A DNA stretch of 64,000 bases, from IMG/VR virus record IMGVR_UViG_3300031134_000466. One strand, 5' to 3'. Every line of letters starts with the position of its first letter. Position 1 is the stretch's first letter. Both the position numbers and the translations under genes were made by a program. Under the pieces are notes generated by a model, which worked only from the letters and a program-made list of their open reading frames with translations, was not told where the DNA came from and did not search any database. The stretch is from a virus. Lineage: Duplodnaviria; Heunggongvirae; Uroviricota; Caudoviricetes. Shown here piece after piece: positions 54,038 to 63,269 of this stretch.

Positions 54038-54085
54038 ATTGAGGGACCTGTGCTTGTAATTAAAGTGCAGGTCCCTCAATTTTTT
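54038..54085 (+). terminator. intrinsic terminator
   Basis: attgagggacctg / caggtccctcaat followed by tttttgt. Confidence 0.85.
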
Positions 54086-54121
54086 GTATTCTGCTGTCTG
54101 TTTCTTTGTTAGTAATAGGGC

Positions 54122-55363
54122 ATGTCAACTACAAGAAAACCTCCTTATCATCACAGCGATGGTACAAACTGCTGGACTAAAGATTGTTCGATCAGAGGCC
54201 GTGAAGATACAGAAAAAGCTGCTTTCTTCAAGCAAGTAGAAACAGCTGCTGAGACTGTTGTTCCAACCAATGAATTGCCTCCTCTGTCAGCTTTTCAGAA
54301 AGCCTATGATGATGGTCGCATTGAGTGCAGCCGCCACCCTGAACATCCTTATGTGACTTACAAGTATTCCAGAACAACTCAGTTTGCTTCTGACTGGGAT
54401 GATGTGACCTTAGCGTCTCGTGGTGTCATCTTCAATGAGGAGACAGGCGAGATTGTTGCTCGTCCATTTGCTAAGTTCTTCAACCATAACGAACCGTCAG
54501 TTCCCAGAGACAAATTACATGGCCGTATTAGTGTAACTGACAAGCTGGACGGTTCTTTAGGAATTGGTTATGTTGATGAGAACGGTAAGTTCAACATTGC
54601 AACCTCTGGAAGCTTTATCTCTGAACAGGCAAAACGTTCTACAGAGCTCTATCATGAGCGTTATGAAGGCAACTGGAAGCCAAATCCTAAGTTGACCTAC
54701 ATGTGGGAAATCATCTACCCAGAAAATCGTGTCGTGGTCAACTATGGCGATGAAGATGACTTGCATCTCATCGGTGCTGTCAACAAACGAACTGGTAAAT
54801 CAGTTCCGTTGCGTGACATCAAAGAATGGAAGTGGAAAAGAGCTGAAGAGTACAAAGACTTCTCCTCCTTGGATGCTGTTCTTCACTCTCCTGAAAGAGA
54901 AAACCGTGAAGGTTTCATTGTTCATTACATCGATACTGATACCCGCGTGAAATACAAGCATGCAGATTATCTTGAGCTCCATCGTAACCGTACTGGCGTG
55001 ACTTCCAAAACTATCTGGCGTAAAATGCGTATGGGTGAAGATATGGCAGGTTGGAAAGAGAACATGCCTGAAGAGTTCAGTGAGTTCGTATCCACTCGTC
55101 AAGCTAAAATCACTGCCGGATATAACAAAGAAATTGCCCAAATTACTGATGAGCATGGCACTTTCAAAGCAACTCTTCCTGCTGGTTATGACCGTAAGAC
55201 TTTTGCTACCACTTTGAAAAACTCACCTCTTGTACCAGCCGAAAACAAAGCTTTCGTCATGAACCTTGAGTTCAACGGCAGTGCTGTTGGAAGTGTTGTT
55301 CAATCTCATAAGATTTGGGACCGTGTGAAACCTGAGGACGAGAACACCTTGTGGAACATGTAA
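54122..55363 (+). CDS. ATP-dependent RNA ligase, paralog B (with Cys-containing N-terminal extension)
   Basis: 413 aa. 'TDKLDGSL', 'WEIIYPENRVVVNY', 'NREGFIVH', 'TRVKYK'. Collinear with paralog A. Confidence 0.75.
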   Translation: MSTTRKPPYHHSDGTNCWTKDCSIRGREDTEKAAFFKQVETAAETVVPTNELPPLSAFQKAYDDGRIECSRHPEHPYVTYKYSRTTQFASDWDDVTLASRGVIFNEETGEIVARPFAKFFNHNEPSVPRDKLHGRISVTDKLDGSLGIGYVDENGKFNIATSGSFISEQAKRSTELYHERYEGNWKPNPKLTYMWEIIYPENRVVVNYGDEDDLHLIGAVNKRTGKSVPLRDIKEWKWKRAEEYKDFSSLDAVLHSPERENREGFIVHYIDTDTRVKYKHADYLELHRNRTGVTSKTIWRKMRMGEDMAGWKENMPEEFSEFVSTRQAKITAGYNKEIAQITDEHGTFKATLPAGYDRKTFATTLKNSPLVPAENKAFVMNLEFNGSAVGSVVQSHKIWDRVKPEDENTLWNM

Positions 55364-55364
55364 T

Positions 55365-55652
55365 TCAAGTAAAGAGGTTCCACAAAAAGTCTCCGACCCC
55401 GAAGATAATAAAGAACAAGTTTATCATTAGAGCAGAAAAGAAAATTTTTTGCGAAACATTGGAGGCTTGACTTTGATTATCAATAAGATTACCAGCTCCA
55501 GCAAATAAGAGGACCAAACCCCACCAAGCCGCTCCCTTAAAAACAAAAATATAAATTACAGCCAGAACAACCAAGATAACATAATAAAACGCGGCAAAAT
55601 AAAGAAGTGCTTGAGTATCTTGTTGTTCTTCATTGGTAGAATTAGTTTTCAC
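55365..55652 (-). CDS. small membrane protein
   Basis: 95 aa, three hydrophobic segments, AT-rich. Confidence 0.5.
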   Translation of the reverse strand: MKTNSTNEEQQDTQALLYFAAFYYVILVVLAVIYIFVFKGAAWWGLVLLFAGAGNLIDNQSQASNVSQKIFFSALMINLFFIIFGVGDFLWNLFT

Positions 55653-55728
55653 CTTGGACCTCCTAATTTTAAATCGGCTGATTATTTTACGAATTGTACT
55701 GTAATTATAGTCATTCTGACGATAAAGA

Positions 55729-55737
55729 TGGTATGAT
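55729..55737 (+). promoter_or_regulatory. extended -10 (TGGTATGAT), near-leaderless operon promoter
   Basis: TATGAT lies 9 nt upstream of ATG 55747. Confidence 0.5.
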
Positions 55738-55746
55738 TAGGATGTT

Positions 55747-56412
55747 ATGAAGAACACATACGGAATTCTCGGCGGATATGGGGCGGTAGCCACCCTACAT
55801 CTCCAGCAGCTGCTCGTGAAGCGAGTCCTCAGCACTGGACAGTACGCTGATATTGCCTTCCCTCGTATGGTAATTTCCAATCTGCCTGAAGACATCATCA
55901 ATGCTGAAGGACATATCAGCAGCCTTGGTAGCCTGCGGACTGAACTTGGTAAAACAGCTCCTCTATTCCAAGGAGCCACAGATGTTTATGTCATTTGTAA
56001 CACCTTCCATGTCGAAGAAGAGTTCATGCAGCGAGTCTTCGCTAACAAACTACATTCTGTTCCGGCTTTAACCAGTCAAGCTGTCGTAGATGCTGGATAC
56101 TCCAAACCTCTTATCGTAGGTTCCAAGCTGACTTCTCAGGATAACCTGTACAGTCATACAGCTTACACCTCAACTAACATGTTTGCGGATGAGCTAATCA
56201 CTGCTGGAATGAAGTACCAGACATCTCACTCTCAGCTGGCAGATGTCATAGCTGCTGCCAAACAGGCTAGCTCAGACTGCATTGTTTTAGGTTGCACAGA
56301 TTTGTCCGTGATGGCTGACACTCTCCGAACCATGACTGCACTTCCCGTAATCGACTCCGTTGAAGCAGTCGCCAACCATATTTACAACTCCCATACGAAA
56401 GATGAATCGTGA
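55747..56412 (+). CDS. Asp/Glu/hydantoin racemase-superfamily enzyme (two-Cys type)
   Basis: 221 aa. 'YGILGGYGAVAT', 'VYVICNTFH', 'IVLGCTDLS', 'PVIDSV'. Confidence 0.75.
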   Translation: MKNTYGILGGYGAVATLHLQQLLVKRVLSTGQYADIAFPRMVISNLPEDIINAEGHISSLGSLRTELGKTAPLFQGATDVYVICNTFHVEEEFMQRVFANKLHSVPALTSQAVVDAGYSKPLIVGSKLTSQDNLYSHTAYTSTNMFADELITAGMKYQTSHSQLADVIAAAKQASSDCIVLGCTDLSVMADTLRTMTALPVIDSVEAVANHIYNSHTKDES

Positions 56413-57374
56413 AAGTCTACAACGACACAGTAACCATGACTGCAGAGCTGGCTCAGACCTTAGAGCAATTGAGAGCTGTGCGGGCTTTTGACGCTACAGA
56501 ATGGATTGAGCGTAAGGTTGTCCTAATCAACCAGTACTTCGCTCAGAACAAGCTCTCAGGGGCTGTAGTAGGTGTTTCTGGTGGCATCGACTCAGCTGTA
56601 GCCCTTTCACTTCTTGTCAAAGCATCCCAGCAAGACAACAGCCCAATTCAGAAGATTGTCCCTCTTCTACTTCCTGCTCTTTCTTACGAAGGTGCAACTA
56701 ACCAAGACGGGGCAGTTCAGCAGGCTACTGACCTATGCCAGAACCTTGGACTGAAGCCAGCTGTTTTCACTAAGCTCACATCTCTTTCCCAAGTGATTAC
56801 TTCTGAACTGGAAGACATTCTGGACATCAAATCAACAGACTGGGCTAAAGGACAGCTAGTGGCTTACACCAGAACCCCAGTCCTGTACAACACCTGCTCA
56901 ATCCTTACTGACGCCGGCTACCCTGCACTGGTTGTAGGAACCACAAACCTTTCCGAAGGTGGATACCTCGGTTATGTCGGAAAAGCTTCAGATGGTATGG
57001 TTGACCTGCAAGTAATTTCTGATTTGTACAAGTCAGAAGTGTACAAAGTCGCAGCTTTACTTGAAGTTCCTGAAAGCGTTATGAAAGCTACTCCTACAGG
57101 GGACATGTACGACGGTCGTGAAGATGAAACAGTTTTCGGAGCTTCTTACGACTTCGTAGAGCTGTTTCATCTATGGCTACAGGCACGCAGCGTCCCATTG
57201 AAACTTCTTCGAGATGCCCACTTTGTCACAGGAGCTAAAAACCTGCAAAAACTGCACGACTACAACGCACATAAGTACACCTACGGAACTCCATCCATTC
57301 ACCTGGACATTATGAACGCAGCAATCCCAAACGGATGGAACAATCAGCCTTGGAGGCCCCAGAATGGCAACTAA
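56409..57374 (+). CDS. divergent NadE-family PP-loop amidotransferase (NAD or NMN synthetase-like)
   Basis: 321 aa. 'GVSGGIDSAV', 'VVGTTNLSEGGYLGYVGKASDGMVD', 'ATPTGDMY..EDETVFGASYDFVE'. GTGA overlap with the upstream stop codon. Confidence 0.7.
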   Translation: MKVYNDTVTMTAELAQTLEQLRAVRAFDATEWIERKVVLINQYFAQNKLSGAVVGVSGGIDSAVALSLLVKASQQDNSPIQKIVPLLLPALSYEGATNQDGAVQQATDLCQNLGLKPAVFTKLTSLSQVITSELEDILDIKSTDWAKGQLVAYTRTPVLYNTCSILTDAGYPALVVGTTNLSEGGYLGYVGKASDGMVDLQVISDLYKSEVYKVAALLEVPESVMKATPTGDMYDGREDETVFGASYDFVELFHLWLQARSVPLKLLRDAHFVTGAKNLQKLHDYNAHKYTYGTPSIHLDIMNAAIPNGWNNQPWRPQNGN

Positions 57375-58104
57375 ATTCGTAAACCAAGTCAACTTCGAAA
57401 TCCCTACTGTTGCTCACACAGTTCAAGTGAGACCGTTCCCTGAACTTGACCGTACAGCGGTAGTGATTCCTGAACTCGTCCCTGCCGAGGAAAAAGTCAG
57501 TATCATGGCAGCGTTGGAAGACTCCAACTGGCAGCCAGTGTCAGTGACAGGAATGTCAGGAAACTGGAAAGAAGGTGACCCTATTGGTTCTTACCGTGCT
57601 TCCAACTACACTCCTGAGTATGCTGAAGTTCTGTGGAACAGAATCAAACACGGTTTCCCTACTGTACGCACATTCACAGATGCTGATAACACCGACTTCG
57701 ATGGTCATGAGCTGTGGGAACCCATTGGCGTGTCACCTCTTCTTCGATTCATCAAATATGAAGAAGGCGGCTGGCTTGTAGTTCATTACGATGCTCCGTA
57801 TGTCGAATCAGAAGATGTTCGCACACTCCAAAGCCTTGTCGTATATCTGGAACACCCAGGTGAACTTCACGGAGGAGCAACCCGCTACCTTCATGACCCT
57901 CAGGCTCATCTTCCTGTTACTCAGCGTGAACTCAACGACGAATACCGTGCTGCTGAAGAAGATGAAGTGAGACTCCGCTTCGCTCCTGAAGATGGAACAG
58001 CTGTAGTCTTCGACCACCGCCTTCTGCATGACGCTGAAAAGGTCACAGGAACTGGCACAAAAACAATCATTCGAACAGACATTATGTACAGGAAAGTACG
58101 ATGA
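57364..58104 (+). CDS. 2OG-Fe(II) oxygenase (P4H-like)
   Basis: 246 aa. 'VVHYDAP' (HxD), 'VVFDHRLLHDAE' (distal His), 'KTIIRTDIMY'. 11-nt overlap with the upstream gene. Confidence 0.65.
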   Translation: MATKFVNQVNFEIPTVAHTVQVRPFPELDRTAVVIPELVPAEEKVSIMAALEDSNWQPVSVTGMSGNWKEGDPIGSYRASNYTPEYAEVLWNRIKHGFPTVRTFTDADNTDFDGHELWEPIGVSPLLRFIKYEEGGWLVVHYDAPYVESEDVRTLQSLVVYLEHPGELHGGATRYLHDPQAHLPVTQRELNDEYRAAEEDEVRLRFAPEDGTAVVFDHRLLHDAEKVTGTGTKTIIRTDIMYRKVR

Positions 58105-59624
58105 ATTTAGACAGATACTTCCAGGCTCTTTACGAAAGAACCAATAGTAAGCAGGACTTAGTAACAGCAGGTTGGATTGAAAACAAGCCGCTACGCATCA
58201 ACCCGCATGTGCGATTCTACACAACCCCTCTGCAAGCTATTCGTGACGCGGGCAAAAAGGACGTATCTGTCTTGTTCTACCCTGGTTGTTTCGCTCCAGT
58301 CCATGAAGGTCACCTTGGGGCTATGAGGCTGGCCAAAGAAGCAATTGAAACCCAGACAGGCGAGACTGTAGCTGCAGGCTATTTCACCCCTGACCATGAT
58401 AACTACATCATGCGTAAAACTCATGACGAACGTTTCATCGCACCTAACCGCATCGCTCTTCTCCATGAAGCAGTAGAAAATGAACCCTGGATGCAGGTGG
58501 ACGACTGGGCTTCACTGTACGCTCCCACTGATTTGAACTTCACAACACTATATGACAGGTTCAACCTTTACCTGAAGCGTTGGTTACCTGACTTGAACAT
58601 CAAGCTGTACATGGTTTTTGGTGGAGACAACTACATGTTTGCGAACAGTTTCACTGAATACGGACACGGTGTTTGTGTGCCAAGAGAAGGAGCTCAGATG
58701 GACTTGAGCTTAGTTCACCCTGATGCCAAAAAGCGGGTTATTTTCAGCGAAAAAGTCTGTACAGACCATTCTTCTACAGCTGCACGAGCAGCAAACCCTG
58801 GAGCTATCGATATCCACGGCAGAAGTGCATTAGGTTCCACCTATGTACTTCGTGAAGACTTGGACTTAGCTTTCCGAGAGAACCCTACTACTTACTCGAA
58901 CAAAATTATTGCTGACTCTGTAGCTATTCTTTTGCAGGCGCATGTGCCGTACGAGAAAGTCAAAGTGAAAAGAGTTCCCATTATCAGGCAGATGGCTAAC
59001 CATACTGAGACAGAGAATGTGATTTCCTTAGACTGTTTCTGGAAAGCAGAGCAGAACCTTGAAATTTCTCGCCTGTTTTCAACTGGAGGCAGTCAGCACC
59101 ATGCCATCAAATACGTCAACCGTCCTGGCTCGCCGGCTCTTCAAGAGCAGGTAGAAGCAATTCCTGCTGGAGTGTACACTCTCGTAGATGATGACATTGC
59201 TACTGGGGAGACAATGAGTTTTGTTTCCAACATGCTGGAAACGCACGATGTTGTTGTTGATAAGCAGGACAGCCTGATTTCCGAGCTGGGTTCTGACTTG
59301 TACGATGTAGTTGATTTGCGAGACTTTGTTCTTGGAACCGAACACGGCGGACTGACGGTTGCAACTCCTACAGGAGAAACGACAAGAATGCCTTACATCG
59401 CTCCTTATGTGAATCTTGTAAGCCGTGCTCGCATTAACCCTGACCGGGTGTTCAGTTTCTCCACCGAACTGTGGAAATTGAACTATGCACTTTACCGTAA
59501 TACGAAAACTACAGTAGGTGACATCAAAGAACATCAGGACTTCACCATGTTCGGTTTTGCCGAAGACATGACAGTGGCTGACTTGTGCCAAAAGCATCTT
59601 CAATTGATGACTGAATTGCAGTAA
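58101..59624 (+). CDS. NadD/NMNAT-type adenylyltransferase fused to a type I phosphoribosyltransferase domain
   Basis: 507 aa. 'GCFAPVHEGHL' ((H/T)xGH), 'HSSTAAR' (SxTxxR), C-terminal PRPP-binding loop 'YTLVDDDIATGETM'. ATGA overlap with the upstream gene. Confidence 0.75.
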   Translation: MNLDRYFQALYERTNSKQDLVTAGWIENKPLRINPHVRFYTTPLQAIRDAGKKDVSVLFYPGCFAPVHEGHLGAMRLAKEAIETQTGETVAAGYFTPDHDNYIMRKTHDERFIAPNRIALLHEAVENEPWMQVDDWASLYAPTDLNFTTLYDRFNLYLKRWLPDLNIKLYMVFGGDNYMFANSFTEYGHGVCVPREGAQMDLSLVHPDAKKRVIFSEKVCTDHSSTAARAANPGAIDIHGRSALGSTYVLREDLDLAFRENPTTYSNKIIADSVAILLQAHVPYEKVKVKRVPIIRQMANHTETENVISLDCFWKAEQNLEISRLFSTGGSQHHAIKYVNRPGSPALQEQVEAIPAGVYTLVDDDIATGETMSFVSNMLETHDVVVDKQDSLISELGSDLYDVVDLRDFVLGTEHGGLTVATPTGETTRMPYIAPYVNLVSRARINPDRVFSFSTELWKLNYALYRNTKTTVGDIKEHQDFTMFGFAEDMTVADLCQKHLQLMTELQ

Positions 59625-59641
59625 GATGATAGACATGATGC

Positions 59642-60238
59642 ATGCTTGAAATACTTACAGCGGTAGGTCTTGCTTTAGCGGCAGGGTTGAACGCTTACAT
59701 TCCTCTGATTGCTGTCAGTTTGTTATCAAAGTTCACTGATTTTTTCACTCTTCCAGGAAACTGGTCATGGATGGAAGACAACTGGACATTAGCGATCTTG
59801 ATTGCTTTAGCTTTAGTAGAGTTCTTTGCTGACAAAATAGCTGCAGTTGACTCGTTGAATGATGTCATCCAAACAGCAGTCCGTCCAACATCAGGCGGAT
59901 TGCTGTTTGCTGCAGGTACCCATGTAACAGATGTTCCTGTGACTCAGATTAGTAATTTTGTGAGTTCTCCAGGCTTTCCTATGTTCATCATTGGTTTGAC
60001 TGTTGCTTTGCTTCCTCATTTGATGAAGATGTTCATCAGGCCGCTTATTAACGCAACGATGAGTGGAATGGTGACACCCATTGTCAGTTTTGGTGAAAAC
60101 ATTCTTACAGTAGGTTTGGTTGCTATGGCTATATTCATTCCAGTGCTGGTACCAGTAGCAGTAATACTGGTCATTGTTATAGGAGTACGGATTTTCCGAA
60201 ACCTCACCGCGAAAAAGAGTAAAACAGCAACAGCCTGA
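59642..60238 (+). CDS. DUF4126-like membrane protein
   Basis: 198 aa. 'EFFADKIAAVDSLNDVIQTAVRPTSGG' and about 5 TM segments. 17 nt after the upstream stop codon. Confidence 0.6.
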   Translation: MLEILTAVGLALAAGLNAYIPLIAVSLLSKFTDFFTLPGNWSWMEDNWTLAILIALALVEFFADKIAAVDSLNDVIQTAVRPTSGGLLFAAGTHVTDVPVTQISNFVSSPGFPMFIIGLTVALLPHLMKMFIRPLINATMSGMVTPIVSFGENILTVGLVAMAIFIPVLVPVAVILVIVIGVRIFRNLTAKKSKTATA

Positions 60239-60246
60239 AGTTGTTC

Positions 60247-60255
60247 CGATAGACT
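60247..60255 (+). promoter_or_regulatory. -10 element (CGATAGACT)
   Basis: 75-nt leader with an AAAGGAG RBS before ATG 60331. Confidence 0.5.
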
Positions 60256-60330
60256 GAGTTAGCATGCTTAGCATGTCTGCCCTGGCAGTAAACCAGTTTA
60301 TTCGATTTAGACAACAAAGGAGTACCTATC

Positions 60331-61548
60331 ATGGTGCAAAAACCAGAACGCGGGCGTTACTTAGAGCTTGAAGGTGTACGTGTTTCGTATAAACACAAAG
60401 ATGATTCCATCCACCTCACAGCAACAGACCCAGATGTTCCTCAGATAAACATCACCCTAAACAAAGGGACAGCGACAGAAGATTCGCTTAGAGATTTGCT
60501 CGTAGAGTACGGTTTAATTAGAGAATCAGAGTCTAATGCTGTTACCGAAATGGAACCTATCCCATATTACGCGGGTAACCCATTCTCAGCATTGCTGGCA
60601 GAATCACATATCCCGTCAGACAGAGCCAAGAACATTCTTCTTACAGGACAGCCAGGTTCAGGTAAAACCGTGGCCGCATCCTATGCAGCATTTCTTGCAC
60701 AAGGAATGAACATGCCTACTTTCGTCATGGGGCTTGCAGTTGACTATCTGAAAACGCTCAATGAAGACACCCAGGTTCTGATGCTGACAAAAATGGAATC
60801 AGGCTACCTGAATCCATTCAAAACAAAAATGTCAACAGAGCAGATTCTTCACTTTATCAACACTTTGACACTTCCAAGAGATGCTTACTATCAAGCACGA
60901 GCAAACCAGACGATAACAACACTCATCAAACAACAGTATGAAACTAAGCAGCCTTCATTGACTGGACTGCTACAAGTAATCAGCAAGTATGAAGAACTCC
61001 AATATGAAACAGCTGCTCTTTCCCATTTGGGTCTTAGCCCTGTAGGAGCTCCATTCTTTGGATACTCAGAGAACGTATTAGTGATTGATCCTGACAAGGA
61101 TTATGTCTTTGATGCCGCTGAAGTTCCGCTTGTAGCACCAGTAGAAGCATTGGACACTACTCAGGCAAGACAGAACACTGCAATCATTCAAGCAGTGTTC
61201 CATTTTGTTAGACAGCATTCACGACCAAGTAGTCAACCAAAAATGCTGATTGTCGACGGGAGGAATTACCAGTATGTTACTGAACTGAACCAGCTCAGTA
61301 GGTTAGCCCGAAGCCTAAATTTGGTTATGCTCACAGTAGGTGAACTTGAAGAAAATAACAGTCAATACTCTGACTTCATGGCTTACCGCTCTTCAACCGC
61401 AGAGACATCTGAACTTTTTGGTAAAAGGCTTGACACGCTTTCTTCAGGTCAATCTTATTGGAGAAACGAAGACGGAGAGGTCTTCTTTGTCCCTCGACCT
61501 ACCCTTCCAGCATCGTTTGCAAGAATTTTTGACACAATACCCAGATAA
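60331..61548 (+). CDS. P-loop NTPase (HerA/FtsK/VirB4-like?)
   Basis: 405 aa. Walker A 'GQPGSGKT', Walker B-like 'KMLIVDG'. The family assignment is tentative. Confidence 0.5.
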   Translation: MVQKPERGRYLELEGVRVSYKHKDDSIHLTATDPDVPQINITLNKGTATEDSLRDLLVEYGLIRESESNAVTEMEPIPYYAGNPFSALLAESHIPSDRAKNILLTGQPGSGKTVAASYAAFLAQGMNMPTFVMGLAVDYLKTLNEDTQVLMLTKMESGYLNPFKTKMSTEQILHFINTLTLPRDAYYQARANQTITTLIKQQYETKQPSLTGLLQVISKYEELQYETAALSHLGLSPVGAPFFGYSENVLVIDPDKDYVFDAAEVPLVAPVEALDTTQARQNTAIIQAVFHFVRQHSRPSSQPKMLIVDGRNYQYVTELNQLSRLARSLNLVMLTVGELEENNSQYSDFMAYRSSTAETSELFGKRLDTLSSGQSYWRNEDGEVFFVPRPTLPASFARIFDTIPR

Positions 61549-61575
61549 TACCTGCCAAACACACAGGTTATCTCA

Positions 61576-61584
61576 TGGTAGAAT
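61576..61584 (+). promoter_or_regulatory. extended -10 (TGGTAGAAT), leaderless
   Basis: TAGAAT lies 6 nt upstream of ATG 61591. Confidence 0.6.
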
Positions 61585-61590
61585 AGTTAA

Positions 61591-62238
61591 ATGAACACCA
61601 TCCAGTTCCACGCCCAACACGGTGAAGACCCAAACACTGTAACTATTCAGCCCAGTGAAAGTAGCAAGTTTGCTGACATTATCAACAATATAGGTAAAGC
61701 TTTTCTTCAGCCTGCCTGGAATCAAGACATCCTTCGTAAAGCAATAGCAGCAGAGAACTCTCTTTCGCAAGAGACAAGAGATATAGTGCGCTGGGCTGAA
61801 CAGTTCACCACTAAGTTCAATAACAAGGAATTCAACCTTGTTGTAGAAGAGCAGGTATTGGATAGTTACAGTATCAACTTGAACACAGTGCAAAGCGTTG
61901 GCAACAACAGTATGAAACTCCTTGCCAGGCTTCACCATGCGACCCGAATGTGGATTGCTGTAGAAGATACAGACTGGGTAGCAGATATCATCCAAGATGC
62001 CCACCCCGACATCTTTCAGAAGGACAAAGGCTGGCTGGATGTCATCAATCTTCTCAGACAGAATCATGCTGTCCCTGTCATTGTCACCAGTAATAACAAC
62101 AGTTGGAATTGGAACACAGATAAGGCTGAAGAGTTGACGTTTGAACAGCAGCTCACTCCGCACACATGGGAAAGTTACATGTATGGGCACGGATATGATG
62201 CATTGGCAGTCGTTCGAAAACTTTCTCAAAGGAAATAG
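61591..62238 (+). CDS. hypothetical protein
   Basis: 215 aa. Preferred over the antisense 218-aa ORF, which is Cys-rich and has no promoter. Confidence 0.6.
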   Translation: MNTIQFHAQHGEDPNTVTIQPSESSKFADIINNIGKAFLQPAWNQDILRKAIAAENSLSQETRDIVRWAEQFTTKFNNKEFNLVVEEQVLDSYSINLNTVQSVGNNSMKLLARLHHATRMWIAVEDTDWVADIIQDAHPDIFQKDKGWLDVINLLRQNHAVPVIVTSNNNSWNWNTDKAEELTFEQQLTPHTWESYMYGHGYDALAVVRKLSQRK

Positions 62239-62268
62239 TCACAAAAACGTGCTTTTTCGTCAATATGA

Positions 62269-62277
62269 CGATATACT
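62269..62277 (+). promoter_or_regulatory. -10 element (CGATATACT)
   Basis: 35-nt leader with an AAGGAAGG RBS before ATG 62313. Confidence 0.5.
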
Positions 62278-62312
62278 GTAATAAGAATGGTCTAAGGAAG
62301 GAAACCCGTATC

Positions 62313-63158
62313 ATGACCAAGCTCCAGAAACAGATTATTAACACTCTTGGGGTAAAACCCGTCATCAATGCCGAACAGGAGCTACGCACTCGTGTAGATT
62401 TCCTCAAAGACTTCACCCGTAATGCTGGCACCAGAGGATTTGTACTTGGAATCAGTGGTGGACAGGACTCTGCTCTTGCCGGCTACATTGCACAGACAGC
62501 TGTCCGTGAACTCCGCGACGAGACGGGTGAGAACTACCAGTTCTTAGCTCTTCTTCTTCCTTACGGGACTCAGAAAGACGCTGATGATGCAATCACCATC
62601 GCCCGTGACTTCATCAAGGCTGACCAGGTAATTGAGTACAACATCAAGCCTGCAGTGGATGCTTTCACTGACCAGTACAATGACATCGCTGGCTGGTCAG
62701 GCGATGAAGCTGATAACCTCAGCGATTACCATAAAGGTAACGTCAAAGCCCGCACCCGTGCCGTAACACAGTACGCTTACGCTGGTACCCATCAGCTGCT
62801 TGTTGTAGGTACAGACCATGCTGCTGAGGCAGTATCAGGCTTCTTCACCAAGTTCGGTGACGGTGCAGCTGACGTTCTCCCTTTGAGCGGTTTGAACAAA
62901 CGTCAGGGCAAAGAGCTTCTTCGCTTGGCAGGTGCTCCCGAGTTCGTCATCACCAAAGCTCCCACAGCGGACCTTCTGGACAACAAAGCAGGTCAGGCTG
63001 ATGAGACTGAGCTGGGTATTACATACGATGTTCTTGACGACTACCTTGAAGGTAAAGATGTCAATGTAGTTGCAGCTCAGAAAATTGAACTGCGTTACCT
63101 GATGACAGAACACAAGCGTCAACTCCCAGTTGACCCTGCAGCAACATGGTGGAAGTGA
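62313..63158 (+). CDS. nadE: NH3-dependent NAD+ synthetase (canonical NadE)
   Basis: '[10 protein letters not shown]', 'NVKARTR', '[24 protein letters not shown]', '[27 protein letters not shown]'. Confidence 0.9.
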   Translation: MTKLQKQIINTLGVKPVINAEQELRTRVDFLKDFTRNAGTRGFVLGISGGQDSALAGYIAQTAVRELRDETGENYQFLALLLPYGTQKDADDAITIARDFIKADQVIEYNIKPAVDAFTDQYNDIAGWSGDEADNLSDYHKGNVKARTRAVTQYAYAGTHQLLVVGTDHAAEAVSGFFTKFGDGAADVLPLSGLNKRQGKELLRLAGAPEFVITKAPTADLLDNKAGQADETELGITYDVLDDYLEGKDVNVVAAQKIELRYLMTEHKRQLPVDPAATWWK

Positions 63159-63174
63159 CCCTCTACTGAACAAT

Positions 63175-63223
63175 AGCGTTAGTGCTACAACTCCGTGTGA
63201 TATGGATTTGTAGCACTAACGCT
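63175..63223 (+). terminator. hairpin terminator
   Basis: 16-bp arms agcgttagtgctacaa / ttgtagcactaacgct. Confidence 0.75.
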
Positions 63224-63269
63224 ACTTAATGGGTGTGTCAACTAAGTGTGGGCTACTCTTGAATAGAGA

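Noticed and set aside
59079-59636. 185-aa minus-strand ORF inside the NadD::PRT gene.
   Set aside because: It is a shadow ORF of a gene with unambiguous enzyme motifs on the plus strand.
61573-62229. 218-aa minus-strand ORF antisense to 61591..62238.
   Set aside because: It has a Cys-rich, hydrophobic, irregular translation and no upstream signals. The plus-strand ORF starts 6 nt after a TGGTAGAAT -10 and has a balanced composition.
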